Of a DNA stretch of 64,000 nt, positions 49,567 through 59,481 are shown piece by piece. Numbering within the stretch: the first letter of the stretch is position 1; every line of letters starts with the position of its first letter. The position numbers were made by a program, and so were the translations under genes. The DNA is from Planctomycetota bacterium (lineage in GTDB: Bacteria > Planctomycetota > Planctomycetia > Pirellulales > Lacipirellulaceae). The stretch is from contig JBCCXZ010000003.1 of the NCBI GenBank assembly GCA_039190745.1, forward strand, positions 59,760 to 123,759, in the 5' to 3' direction. A model generated the notes under the pieces. The model made no database searches, was not told the origin of the DNA, and saw only the letters and a program-made list of their open reading frames with translations.

Positions 49567-50979
49567 CTAGAAGATCCAGGTCAATTCGGCGGCGACGAAG
49601 TGGATTGTTTCCGAGGCGCCCGACGACTTGATGAAGTCGCCCGGCGGCAGGGTCGTCCAGGACACGAAGGCGACGAGGCCGCTTGCCAACTCCGCCTCGA
49701 CGAAAATCTCGTACTGCGTGGCGATGTAACGCTCGTCGGAGAGCGAACCGTCGCGGAGGATGCCGCCGCCCGGGCCGTAGACGGCGTCGTCGGTGCTGTA
49801 ACGCCAGAAGAAGTCGACGTCGGCTCCGACTTGAACCGTCTCGGACACGTCGAAGGTGATCGTCGGGTGGAGGTCGATCAGGTTGTAGGGCGCCAGGACG
49901 CCCGACTCGCCGAAGTACTTGAGCGACGGGAAGAGCGGGTTGAACGTGCCGACCGTCCCGTCGGCGGTGTCGACGTCGCCGCTGATAAAGTCGAGCTTGA
50001 GGTCGAAGCGCGGCCGCATCGGGAGCTTCTCGAACGCCCGCCCCGCTTCGATGGCGGTTGTCCAGGCCAGGATGTCGGCGTTGCCGATTCTGCCGAATTG
50101 ACCGACCGCCTCGACGTTCCAGAACCAGTTCTCGAAGCCGCCGAAGAATCGGGTCCCGATGCTGTGTCGCACCTCGCGGCCTGCGGTTTGTTGGAAGACA
50201 GCCAGATCGTCAACGAACCCCAGGTAGTAGAGATCGAGGTTCGAGTGCTCGCGGAAGGGGAGCGTGGAGTAGGCGCCCCAGAGCTGCTGGTCGTCGGAGA
50301 TTTTGTTATCGAATGCGTCTGGCAAGACTTCTGTCGGCCGGGCGTAGAGGGCGCGCAGCCGGGCGTCGCCCTCAGCGAGCGCCAGCTCGACCGAATCGAA
50401 CGAACGGATCACGTTGACGCCGTAACGCGTGCCCACCAGGCGCTGGCTGCCGAGGGCGAGGACCTGGCGGCCCACGCGAAGCCGCGGGCCGTCTTCTGCG
50501 TAGGGGTCGCCGAAGTCGGCGAAGAGCTGGAGGAAGTCGCCGCGGTCTTGGTCGAACGGGCCGGGCTCGGGGTCGACACTGGTCGCGTAGGCGAGGTTCA
50601 ACTCGGTGAAGAAGCGCAGGCGACGCTCCTCGTTCTGGAGATCGATCACCGGGAGTACCCGGGACCAGAGATAACCATCGTTGTCCGTGGGCTCCTCGCC
50701 CCAGTTGGGGTTTCCGAGTCGCTCGTAACGCTCCCGGACTTCGGCGCCGACGCTTAGGCGCCAGCTGGCGGGTTCGCCCAGGGGCAGTTCCTTGAGCTGG
50801 CTCGGCCAAGCCGAGTAGCCGGCATCCTCGCGGAGGAAACGCCAGTCCTCGTTGTACCGCAGAGGAGTTGTCCGAGGCGGCTCGACGGGTCGCTCGGCAG
50901 CTAGCACCGCTGACCCGCAAGCCAGCATCGCGAGGGCGATTCCGCAGACTCGTCTTGCTTGGCGTGCAGAGCGTTCCAT
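49567..50979 (-). CDS. Alginate export (AlgE)-family outer-membrane beta-barrel
   Basis: Signal peptide, LRYNEDW, RVGRQ.L..GSQRL, GTFNPLFP, terminal aromatic Phe. Confidence 0.85.
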   Translation of the reverse strand: MERSARQARRVCGIALAMLACGSAVLAAERPVEPPRTTPLRYNEDWRFLREDAGYSAWPSQLKELPLGEPASWRLSVGAEVRERYERLGNPNWGEEPTDNDGYLWSRVLPVIDLQNEERRLRFFTELNLAYATSVDPEPGPFDQDRGDFLQLFADFGDPYAEDGPRLRVGRQVLALGSQRLVGTRYGVNVIRSFDSVELALAEGDARLRALYARPTEVLPDAFDNKISDDQQLWGAYSTLPFREHSNLDLYYLGFVDDLAVFQQTAGREVRHSIGTRFFGGFENWFWNVEAVGQFGRIGNADILAWTTAIEAGRAFEKLPMRPRFDLKLDFISGDVDTADGTVGTFNPLFPSLKYFGESGVLAPYNLIDLHPTITFDVSETVQVGADVDFFWRYSTDDAVYGPGGGILRDGSLSDERYIATQYEIFVEAELASGLVAFVSWTTLPPGDFIKSSGASETIHFVAAELTWIF

Positions 50980-51161
50980 CAGCTGCTATATCGAGTCTTC
51001 GAGAGTATTGATTGCCTGATGAACCATTCCTTCGGCAATTTTGCCTTAATCGCGCAACTCAAGAATCGATCTAACCGGAGTGGCTTGGCCCAGGGAATGC
51101 GCCCTTAGGCGCACCAGGGAGCGGGCTTCCGATAGGCGCTTTCTCTCCCATCTCTCTTTTG

Positions 51162-52196
51162 CTAGAAGCTGCAGCCGCAGCCGCTTTCCCACACTCTTCC
51201 GTCGGCGGCCATCACCGGCGTGTGCTCGTGCTTGAGCGGGCTTGGGACCGAATTGTCGTAGCCTCCGTAGGCCTTCACGGGAGACCAGTCGGGGCTTACC
51301 GGAGGCAGGTCGGGCGAGAGGCTTGCAAACTCTTCGGCACCGTAGACCACGTTGCCGCCCAGGACCGTTAACACGCTCTCGATGCCGCGTATGGCGTCCG
51401 GCTCTACGTAAATAAGGTCTTTCGACAGCACCGCGAGGTCTGCTAGCTGACCCGGGGACAGCGTGCCTTTGACGTCGCTCTCCCCGCTGAACCAGGCGCT
51501 GCCCTGGGTCATCCGCCGCAGGGCGTCTTCGCGGGAGAGCCGGTCGGCCGCGGCGGTGGTGGGCGTTCCGCCGACGGTCTTGCCGGTGACCATCCACCAC
51601 AGGCAGGTCCAGGGGTGGTAGCTTGCGACGCGGGTGCCGTCGGTCCCCGCGCCCACCGGCAGGCCGGCGGCGAGCAGCTTCTTGATCGGCGGCTTGTTCG
51701 CAACCGCCCCGGCGGCGCCGTACCGCCGGATGAAGTACTCGCCCTGGAAGGCCATGCGGTGCTGGACCGCGACCCCTCCGCCGAGGGCAGCGATGCGGTC
51801 GATGTTGCGGTCGGTTACCGTTTCCGCGTGGTCGAAGAACCAACCCAGGCGGTCGACGGGCGTGTCGCGGTGGATGCGCTCGATGATCGACAGGAAGCGG
51901 TCGATGGACTCGTCGTAGGTGGCGTGCATGCGTCAGGGCCATTACGTCTCGGCTTGTGCCCGGCCCCGCCAACGCGAGGATCGCGTCGTTGGTTCTGATC
52001 TGGGCGATCCGCCCGTTGCTGATCGCCACCGTTTCGACTTCTGGGTGACGGGCGTCGAGAGTCGTCACACGGCCGTCGTGCAGGATTGTGTCGACCGGAC
52101 TATATCGGCTAAAGCCTGTCTGACGGCGTGCCCTGCTGCCAGCGCCTCGGCCGCACCGGTCGATTGCGTCAGAAAGTCTCGTCGTGTTGTCGGCAT
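51162..52196 (-). pseudogene. Degraded Tat-exported amidohydrolase-3 (YtcJ-like): frameshift, large internal deletion and nonsense codon
   Basis: MPTTRRDFL Tat leader; DTILHDGRVTTLD...VAISNGRI in another frame; abrupt jump to WP*RMHATYDESI...HAE...GTDG...G.LADLAVL. Confidence 0.85.
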
Positions 52197-52202
52197 TGCG
52201 AA

Positions 52203-52787
52203 CTACCGTACTAGGGGTTTCGACCGGAGCCATTTTGAAAAGAGCCGTGTCAGCAGGGGCATCACACCCCAGGTAAGCGTACAGACGACCATGGCGGAGA
52301 GGATCGCCGAGAAGAGCAAGCCAGGGAGGAGGTTCCCTAGTAGCGGCCTCATCACGGCGCCCCACAGGGTCACGCTTGGGAAGACCCCCATCCACACCAA
52401 CACGGCCATCTTCCATTTCGGCGGCGCTCCGGCGTTGTGAAAGAAGGCCTCCAGGCCGTGTAAGCGGCGGGTGATCGGCTCGCCCTCGACGAACTCCGCG
52501 ACCTCCTCCTGCCACTCCCTGAACAGATCCGAAGCGAAGAAGGCTTCGCACTCGCTCTCGCTGGTGAACGTGCGCAGGATCCCGTACTCGCGCTCGGGCG
52601 ACCCCGGCGAAGGGCGGATGATCTGCGCCCCGGTGGTGCCGCCGTGATCGAGCGATCGCTGGATGAATCCCTTCAGTGCGGCCTCGAACTCCGCCTCGCG
52701 GCCTTCGCGCACGATGCGAATCGCCGCAATGTGGGTCGCATTGCCGCCGAGGATTGTTCCCGCCGTCTCCGCCGCAGGCTCGTTCAA
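52203..52787 (-). CDS. Antibiotic biosynthesis monooxygenase (ABM)-domain membrane protein
   Basis: VREGREAEFE...F.S......F..S, then PPKWKMA and two TMs; TTG start overlaps the ycaC stop. Confidence 0.8.
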   Translation of the reverse strand: MNEPAAETAGTILGGNATHIAAIRIVREGREAEFEAALKGFIQRSLDHGGTTGAQIIRPSPGSPEREYGILRTFTSESECEAFFASDLFREWQEEVAEFVEGEPITRRLHGLEAFFHNAGAPPKWKMAVLVWMGVFPSVTLWGAVMRPLLGNLLPGLLFSAILSAMVVCTLTWGVMPLLTRLFSKWLRSKPLVR

Positions 52788-53416
52788 GAGGCCTTCGCCG
52801 CTTGCACCGCGGCGTAACTTGACATCAGGTTGCGGTAGTTGGGCAGGTGGTTCGACAGGAGGCTGCCGAGCCCCTCCATGTCGTTCCGCCAGTCGCGGTG
52901 CAGCTCGCACGCGACCGAGAACCAGTTCACCATCTCGGCTCCCGCCGCCTGCATCCTCGCCCAGGCCGTCTGCTGGACGGTGCGGTTGAAGGTTCCCGAA
53001 GCGTCGGTCACCACGAAGACGTCGTAGCCTTCTTCAATCGCCGATAAGCAGGGGAAGGTGACGCAGACGTCGGTCACGACGCCCGCCATGATGAGCTGCT
53101 TGCGGCCCGTGGCCTTAATGGCCTCGACGAACTCTTCGTTGTCCCAGGCGTTGATCTGCCCCGGACGGTGCACGAACGCCGCGTCGGGGAACTGTTCGAT
53201 GAGCTCCGGGATGAGCGGTCCGTTGGGGCCCTCGTCGAAGCTCGTCGTTAAGATCGTAGGGAGCTTGAAGAACTTCCCGACATCGCCCAGCGCTAAGACG
53301 TTGTTCTTGAAATCGTCTGGCGTGAAGTCCTGGACGAGTGAGATCAGACCCGCTTGGTGGTCGATCATCAGCAGGGCGGCTTCGTCCTTGGACAGCTTGT
53401 TGTAGGGTTTTCCCAT
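52784..53416 (-). CDS. ycaC: Isochorismatase-family hydrolase YcaC
   Basis: LMIDHQAGL, TTSF..GPNGP, RPGQINAWDN, GVVTDVC, ELHRDWR. Confidence 0.9.
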   Translation of the reverse strand: MGKPYNKLSKDEAALLMIDHQAGLISLVQDFTPDDFKNNVLALGDVGKFFKLPTILTTSFDEGPNGPLIPELIEQFPDAAFVHRPGQINAWDNEEFVEAIKATGRKQLIMAGVVTDVCVTFPCLSAIEEGYDVFVVTDASGTFNRTVQQTAWARMQAAGAEMVNWFSVACELHRDWRNDMEGLGSLLSNHLPNYRNLMSSYAAVQAAKAS

Positions 53417-53482
53417 TGTTCGTTCCCTTATATTGACGACCGTTAGCTGTGGTGGTTTGCCGCAGCTTCAAAGCCGCGCGAT

Positions 53483-53511
53483 CCTATACTTGTTCGGACA
53501 ATAGTTATCAA
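53483..53511 (-). promoter_or_regulatory. Candidate sigma70-type promoter for the ycaC cluster
   Basis: Minus strand TTGATA-17 nt-TATAGG about 70 nt upstream of ycaC. Confidence 0.3.
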
Positions 53512-53583
53512 AGGGCCGATTGTATTGAACACTCTTGCTCCGCTTGGCGTTCCCTGGCCGCAGCCCGAAGTGACGCCAACCCG

Positions 53584-54507
53584 TCAAACGCTCTCAGCCC
53601 ACCGCTTCGGCGTCTCTCCGAATTGCCGTCGGAATTGCCGTATGAGGTGTGACTGATCGGAATAGCCAAGACGGCTCGCGAGTTGGGCTAGGGGCACTTC
53701 GGGCTCGCGCTTCAGCGATTCCTTTGCCTGTTCCAGTCGGCGTCGTGCTACGTACGCCATCGGGCTGGTTCCGACCGAGTTCTTGAAAAGTCTTGAAAAA
53801 TGAAATCGGCTACAGCCCGCTTGGTAAGCGAGGCAGTCCAGTGAGATCCCGACATGAAGCGTTGTTTCGACGTACTCTAGCACGCGTGCCAGCCGCGACG
53901 GCGTGAGGACCGGTGCACGACGCGCAAACTGGAAATCGAGCCCTCCCAGCTTGAAGAGCTTGTGTACCAGCACATTCACCAGGCCATCGAACCGCAGGCG
54001 ATCGTCGAACGAACTGCACGACGGGATCGCCGTCCACATCCGTCGCAGTGTTTCGCTCACGAGCCTGTCGCATGGGTTCGTTCGGTGTATTTCGGGAGGG
54101 AGATGGCTGGCGTCTGCGTCTAGCAGCCCCTCCAGGTCCGATCTCAGGGTTTGCCAGGGGAGGCTCAACGCCAACAAGCTATAAGGCCCTGGGCCGTCGA
54201 ACTCGGTGCTGATGCCGGCGCCTGCCACTGCAAACCGCCCGGGGCTAACCCGACACTTGAACTTGCCGAACCCAACGTCCCCAATCGTCGGCGGAGCTTC
54301 GCCAGAAACGACCATGAAGAGCTTGAGATCGTCCGTCGCCGGATCGCCGAATGACTCGGACAGCCTCGACCGAGTAAGGCTGGCTCCGCAGTCCGACACC
54401 CGTTGCTCGATGACCTCGTGCCTCTTATGAGCCTGCCGAGCCCAGTCGGCGTAGCTGCCGTATGAGCCGCTGGCTTCGTGGTCGCTGAGAGAGGTTGCTT
54501 GGGGCAT
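53584..54507 (-). CDS. AraC family transcriptional regulator
   Basis: C-terminal LA..AGCSRFHFSRLFK..G.SP..Y...RRLE.AK...A.RLGYSDQSHL.R.F. Confidence 0.92.
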   Translation of the reverse strand: MPQATSLSDHEASGSYGSYADWARQAHKRHEVIEQRVSDCGASLTRSRLSESFGDPATDDLKLFMVVSGEAPPTIGDVGFGKFKCRVSPGRFAVAGAGISTEFDGPGPYSLLALSLPWQTLRSDLEGLLDADASHLPPEIHRTNPCDRLVSETLRRMWTAIPSCSSFDDRLRFDGLVNVLVHKLFKLGGLDFQFARRAPVLTPSRLARVLEYVETTLHVGISLDCLAYQAGCSRFHFSRLFKNSVGTSPMAYVARRRLEQAKESLKREPEVPLAQLASRLGYSDQSHLIRQFRRQFGETPKRWAESV

Positions 54508-54812
54508 GTTATCGCAAGACGCGATCTTTGGTCTGCGGACTGAATGTACTCAAAATGATCGGCGAAGATTCTTGTTCTTAACTAAGTACTTGCGGGGCTG
54601 AAAGACTCTTCATTTCGGTTCTCGCAACACAATCAAATCTTGTCCGGCATCTCTCGCTAATCAGCCACGAGCATTAGCAGCAGGTCGAGCCGATCCGTAC
54701 AGTTAGTACTTTTCTGCAAGTTCCTGCACAACCCTTTTTCCAACCGGCCTGCCTCTTGAGGAATCCGAACACAGGTTCCCCGGCTTATGGATCTGCCTTT
54801 GAGCTCTACGCC

Positions 54813-55190
54813 TTACTGCTCTTCATCCTGCTGAAAGACACCCGACCAATCGATGTAGATGAGGTACTCCGCGATGAGATCGTCCTCGATTGTGAAGACA
54901 TCGCAGAACGGGACTGTAAGTAGCGTGTCGTCTTTGAGTTTATAAGTGACGCTCCCGCGGTATGTAACTCTTCCGCCGCCGGCGAAGTCCTCGACGATCG
55001 TGTGCCGCAACCCCTTGATACGGCTGTAAAGGTTATCGAAGGCGGCCGCGATCGCCGCCTTTCCGCGTACGGGCTCAAAGTTGCCCGCTTGAAGGAGGCA
55101 GTCTTCCGTCAAGAAGGCGAGCACGTCGGCGGTGACCATGCTGTCGAGTGCAGGCGTGAGATCGTCCAGGAAGGCGTAGGGCTTGGTCAC
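54813..55190 (-). CDS. SnoaL-like / NTF2-fold protein
   Basis: FLTEDC...GN.EPVRGKAAI...PFCDVFTIEDDLIAEYLIYID. Confidence 0.8.
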   Translation of the reverse strand: MTKPYAFLDDLTPALDSMVTADVLAFLTEDCLLQAGNFEPVRGKAAIAAAFDNLYSRIKGLRHTIVEDFAGGGRVTYRGSVTYKLKDDTLLTVPFCDVFTIEDDLIAEYLIYIDWSGVFQQDEEQ

Positions 55191-55667
55191 GGGAGATCAC
55201 TCCGGGGGAGGGCGTTGTCCTTGCTTCGGCAGAAGCAGCAGTCAGACGCTATCCATCGTTGTGCGATGCGTCAATCAATTGAGGGCTGCCGCTGGCGAAC
55301 GGTTTGGCTTTCGCAGCGGTGTTGACCCGAACGTGCGATTACCGGCGACGGTGTGAATGCCGAGCAGCATCTGTGTGCGTTGCTAGGAGGATGATGTGCC
55401 GGGACGCAACAGGTCCTTTGCTGGAAGGAAATCCACGGAAACGCGCTGCATGGCGGGGCGGCCCTCGCTACAATGCAGAATGAGAAATGATACGGAAACA
55501 GTTTCTCTGTGGCCGCGATCGCTCGATCCTACGGGCCAAGAAGACTCTTCATCCGGGCACGTGCCGCTACGCCCCGTGCCCCGTAGTTCACAACTCGGCC
55601 CAGTAGGCGGCAACCGTTCTGCTCTCGGCAGCACGCGCCGTCGCGCAACTCCACGGGACCACAAGCG

Positions 55668-57407
55668 ATGTCTACACCTGCTGGAAAAAGTATCTGCGGA
55701 ACGCAAAACTTCTTCGCGCTCGGCTTGTCGATGGTCTGGCTACTGACGGGCGGCGCCGCGAATGCTCAGGTCGGCAACCTGCTTTGGGAAGAGAACTTCA
55801 CCAACCTCGACAATTGGATTGCCGAGACCGGCAACGGCAACTGGGGGTGGGGCAACGGTGAGCTGCAGTACTACTCGCCGGACAACGTCGACATCGCGGC
55901 AGTGCCCGGGGAACCAGGCAACACGGCGCTGCGGATTACGGCCCGCCAGGAGAGCGGGCCGGGGATCGTCGACCAGTGGGGCAACCCGCTCAACTACACC
56001 TCCGGCCGGGTCCACACCCGGTCGAAGGTCTCGATGCAGTACGGGATGCTCGAGACGCGCATCCGCGTTCCCGACCTGGAACTGGGCGGTTGGCCCGCGT
56101 TCTGGATGCTAGGCACGTCTAATTTTGGTTGGCCGCAGAAGGGCGAGATCGACCTGATGGAGATGGGCGGACGCCAAGCGGCCCGCGACCTGCACGACAC
56201 GCACAACGGCGGCAACGGGCAGAACAACGCGACGGTTAACCAGTCGGTGGGCGCCAACGCCATCTTCTACTCCGACGCCGCGGTAAACCCGCAGAACCCG
56301 ACCGGTGCGGCCAGCCTTTCTTATGACCCGAACGACAACTACGCCCGCCCCTACTACAGCTACGAGCCGTCCCTCGCGGAGCGGTTCCTGACCTACCGGT
56401 TGTACTGGGACGAGGACTTCCTGCGGATGACGGTGATCGACGACTCGGTGGAGTACGACCTGTTCGCGGCTCCGTTTCCCATCAGCGAAGAGTCGGATGA
56501 GTTCCGCGAGCCGTTTTACTTTGTGGCGAATCTGGCGGTCGGCGGTGCGTTTACCGACGCCTACAACCTCGGCGACCCCGGGAGCGGCCAGCCGGTTTCG
56601 ATGACAACCCCGGCCGAGATGTACGTCGACTACGTCCGGGCCTACGAGTGGAACGGCCAGGGGTCGGTGCACTTGGGGCCGCCCACGGCCCAGTCAGGCC
56701 CTTTTGGCTTGTTCACCGAGACCACGCCCACCAACGCGAGCCTGACCCCCGAGGTCGATGGAGACATCTTCGTTTGGGAGGGGACGCTCGCCGACGGCAG
56801 CATCCCGCCGCTGGAAGGCAACAACGCGTTGTCGTGGCAAACGACGGGCAAGGGTTGGTTCGGCGCGGGCATCTTCTCGCACCAGCCGCTGAACCTGTTC
56901 GACTACGGCGAGGGGCATCTCAACTTCAGCATCAACATCCCCGAGGACGTGACGTTCAAGATCGGGATCATCGATACCTGGGGGAACCAGGAGTATGTCG
57001 AGTTCCCCGCCTTCCAGACGGCCTACGGGCTGGAGCGGAACGGGGAGTGGGGGCAGGCGTCGATCCCGGTGAGCGACATCCGGGGCACAGCGATCGACCT
57101 ACGGATGCTGAGCTACTCGTTCGTGATCCTGGAGGAGAACGGCGCAACGGTGGAGTTTGCCTTGGACGACATCTACTGGGACGCCCCGAGCGCTTCGGTG
57201 GGCGGGGACTTCGACGGCGACGGCGACGCGGACGTGGCCGACCTGTTGGCGTGGCAACGCGACCCGAGCGTGGGCGATCTTTCGCAGTGGCAGGCGGGCG
57301 CGTTTTCCTCGGCCGCCTCCGCGGCAGATGCCTCGCTAACCCCCGAGCCAGCCGGGCTTGCGCTCGCACTGGTCGGGGCGGCGCTGGCGGCCCTTCGCCA
57401 GCGTTAG
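55668..57407 (+). CDS. Glycoside hydrolase family 16 (beta-1,3-glucanase-like) with an accessory domain and PEP-CTERM-like tail
   Basis: WGWGNGELQYY, YTSGR, WPAFWMLG, catalytic EIDLME; C-terminal DFDGDGDAD motif and TPEP + TM + RQR. Confidence 0.9.
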   Translation: MSTPAGKSICGTQNFFALGLSMVWLLTGGAANAQVGNLLWEENFTNLDNWIAETGNGNWGWGNGELQYYSPDNVDIAAVPGEPGNTALRITARQESGPGIVDQWGNPLNYTSGRVHTRSKVSMQYGMLETRIRVPDLELGGWPAFWMLGTSNFGWPQKGEIDLMEMGGRQAARDLHDTHNGGNGQNNATVNQSVGANAIFYSDAAVNPQNPTGAASLSYDPNDNYARPYYSYEPSLAERFLTYRLYWDEDFLRMTVIDDSVEYDLFAAPFPISEESDEFREPFYFVANLAVGGAFTDAYNLGDPGSGQPVSMTTPAEMYVDYVRAYEWNGQGSVHLGPPTAQSGPFGLFTETTPTNASLTPEVDGDIFVWEGTLADGSIPPLEGNNALSWQTTGKGWFGAGIFSHQPLNLFDYGEGHLNFSINIPEDVTFKIGIIDTWGNQEYVEFPAFQTAYGLERNGEWGQASIPVSDIRGTAIDLRMLSYSFVILEENGATVEFALDDIYWDAPSASVGGDFDGDGDADVADLLAWQRDPSVGDLSQWQAGAFSSAASAADASLTPEPAGLALALVGAALAALRQR

Positions 57408-57772
57408 GCCGGGGTTGGGGTGAGAGCAGGAACGTGCGGCTTGCCGCCTTGCCCAACCCAGTGGAACTTACTTGCTGGGGCTCTCTGCTCTAGATTGCTT
57501 GCCGCGGGGAAAGGCTTCGCCTAAGTTCCGTTCCGCGGCGACATTTTGTTCTCCACAGCGGCGCCAAGACCCCACCGGAAACGCTACTGATCAAGCGCAA
57601 TTGATTCCTCGGCCCCCCGGGTGAAATCGATGGCTCTTGGTCCGTGGCGTTTTTTCTTGCGCGCACTGCAATGCGTGAACGGCCATTGCACATCGATTAA
57701 CTGATCGGCGCCCACGACGTTTCTTGGGTCGAGCGGCTCAGCATTCTGTTTCGGAACAAGGAGAAGACCTCC

Positions 57773-59473
57773 ATGACGAGCTTCAATCGGGTTGTATTCG
57801 GCGCCTGGCGCCTTCTGCGTTGCGCGCGTTTGGCCTGTCTTATCGCCGTGTGTCTGGCCGTGAGCGATCCTGCCGCCATGAGTCAGGATTTCGAGACGAC
57901 CGACTGGTCGCAGGTGGACCGGTGGAGCGTCTCCGACCCGATGAACCCTTACTTTATCGAATCCAACAGCGGGGTTGTTTGGTCGGGTCAGGCCACTAGC
58001 CGGGCGGACGACGTGATGAATGCGGATGTCGCTAGGACCGGCTTTGGCGTCAACGGCGCCGGGATCAAGATCGGCGTCATCTCCGATTCCTACAACGTGC
58101 TGGCGGGAGAGTCGGACGGCATCGCGTCGGGCGACCTGCCGGGGATCGGGAACCCGTTTGGTTTCCAGGCGCCAGTGGATGTCCTAAAGGACGACACGGT
58201 TGGCACGGACGAGGGCCGGGCGATGGTCGAACTGATCCACGACCTCGCGCCGGGGGCGGAGGTCTTATTCCACTCGGCGTTCAATAACCGGAACGCCCCG
58301 GGCTTGGCGCCGAGCACAACGATCGCAGACGCGATCGACGCGTTGCGCATCGCCGGTGCGGACATCATCGTCGACGACGTGGGGATCCTCACCGCGGCGA
58401 AGTACCAGGACGGCGCCGCTGCGCAAGCGGTCGACCGCGCATTCGCCGCCGGGATCCCCTACTTCTCGAGTGCCGGCAACAACGCGGACAACGCCTATGA
58501 GGCGATTCATCAGAGCTCGGCGCCCGCGACGGGTTTTAACGACCTGCACAACTTCAACCCGGCGGGCGATTTCGACCAGGTTCTGGACCTGGGCATCCTG
58601 CCTCCGGGGGCGCAGTTCACTGCGACGCTCTGGTGGGAAGATGCGTACGCCTCGCTCGGCGGCGCCGCGACCACGGACATGTCTTTGCTGTTTGTCGCTC
58701 AGAACCTGGCCGAGAATGTCGACGCGGTGGTCGAAGCCGACCAGGACCAGTTGGCCGGGGCGGACGCCTTTGAGTTCGGCGGGATCGTAAACCCGTTCCC
58801 GTTTCCTCTGGCGGTGGGCATCGCGGTCGACCGGGTCGCTGGAGAGGAGGCCAAGCTGTTGAGCATCGAGGTGTTAGGGCAAGAGATCGTTGACGACAAC
58901 GACACGGACTCGCCCACGATCCACGGGCACAACGCGGCGAAGGGCGCCGTCGCGGTTGCCGCACAGTTCTTCGGCGACCCCGGGCTGGAAGATGTTGAGC
59001 CCTTCAGCGCCGTGGGCCCGACGACAATCCTGTTCGACGAAGCGGGGGACCTGTTGCCGGAGCCCGAGTTCCGGGCGACGCCGCAGATCACCGGGATCGA
59101 CGGCACGGACACGACGTTCTTTCCGGCGACGCCCGGGGCGGACATCGACGCTAACGGCTTCCCGAACTTCTTCGGCACTTCGGCCGCCGCGCCACACGTG
59201 GCGGCCGTTGCGGCGTTGGTCTTGGAACTGGCGGACAAGCAGGGGGTAGACTTCACGCCCACGGAGCTCTACGAGCTTCTGTTCGCTTCCACAGTCGACA
59301 TCGAAACCCCGGGGTTCGACAACCTGAGCGGTTTCGGGCGGCTCGACGCCTCGCTGGCGCTTGCCCAGGTCCCCGAGCCGGGGTCGGCGTTGCTGCTGGT
59401 GTCCGCCGCGGCCTGGGCGGTAGCCGTTGGCAGGCGTCGCCGCGTACGCCCAGGGCCGCACCGAGTGACGTGA
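57773..59473 (+). CDS. S8/S53-like serine peptidase with PEP-CTERM
   Basis: GIKIGVISDS, DEGRAM, SSAGN, FFGTSAAAPH, VPEP + TM + RRRR. Confidence 0.88.
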   Translation: MTSFNRVVFGAWRLLRCARLACLIAVCLAVSDPAAMSQDFETTDWSQVDRWSVSDPMNPYFIESNSGVVWSGQATSRADDVMNADVARTGFGVNGAGIKIGVISDSYNVLAGESDGIASGDLPGIGNPFGFQAPVDVLKDDTVGTDEGRAMVELIHDLAPGAEVLFHSAFNNRNAPGLAPSTTIADAIDALRIAGADIIVDDVGILTAAKYQDGAAAQAVDRAFAAGIPYFSSAGNNADNAYEAIHQSSAPATGFNDLHNFNPAGDFDQVLDLGILPPGAQFTATLWWEDAYASLGGAATTDMSLLFVAQNLAENVDAVVEADQDQLAGADAFEFGGIVNPFPFPLAVGIAVDRVAGEEAKLLSIEVLGQEIVDDNDTDSPTIHGHNAAKGAVAVAAQFFGDPGLEDVEPFSAVGPTTILFDEAGDLLPEPEFRATPQITGIDGTDTTFFPATPGADIDANGFPNFFGTSAAAPHVAAVAALVLELADKQGVDFTPTELYELLFASTVDIETPGFDNLSGFGRLDASLALAQVPEPGSALLLVSAAAWAVAVGRRRRVRPGPHRVT

Positions 59474-59481
59474 GAGCGGCT

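Noticed and set aside
49420..50757. Long antisense ORFs (e.g. 49420-50757, 6549-7772, 42949-44133, 19916-20908)
   Set aside because: Shadow ORFs of well-supported genes on the opposite strand in high-GC DNA
54236..54248. 13-nt match CGCCCGGGGCTAA to the REP-like repeat
   Set aside because: Half-site only, inside the AraC coding sequence; probably chance
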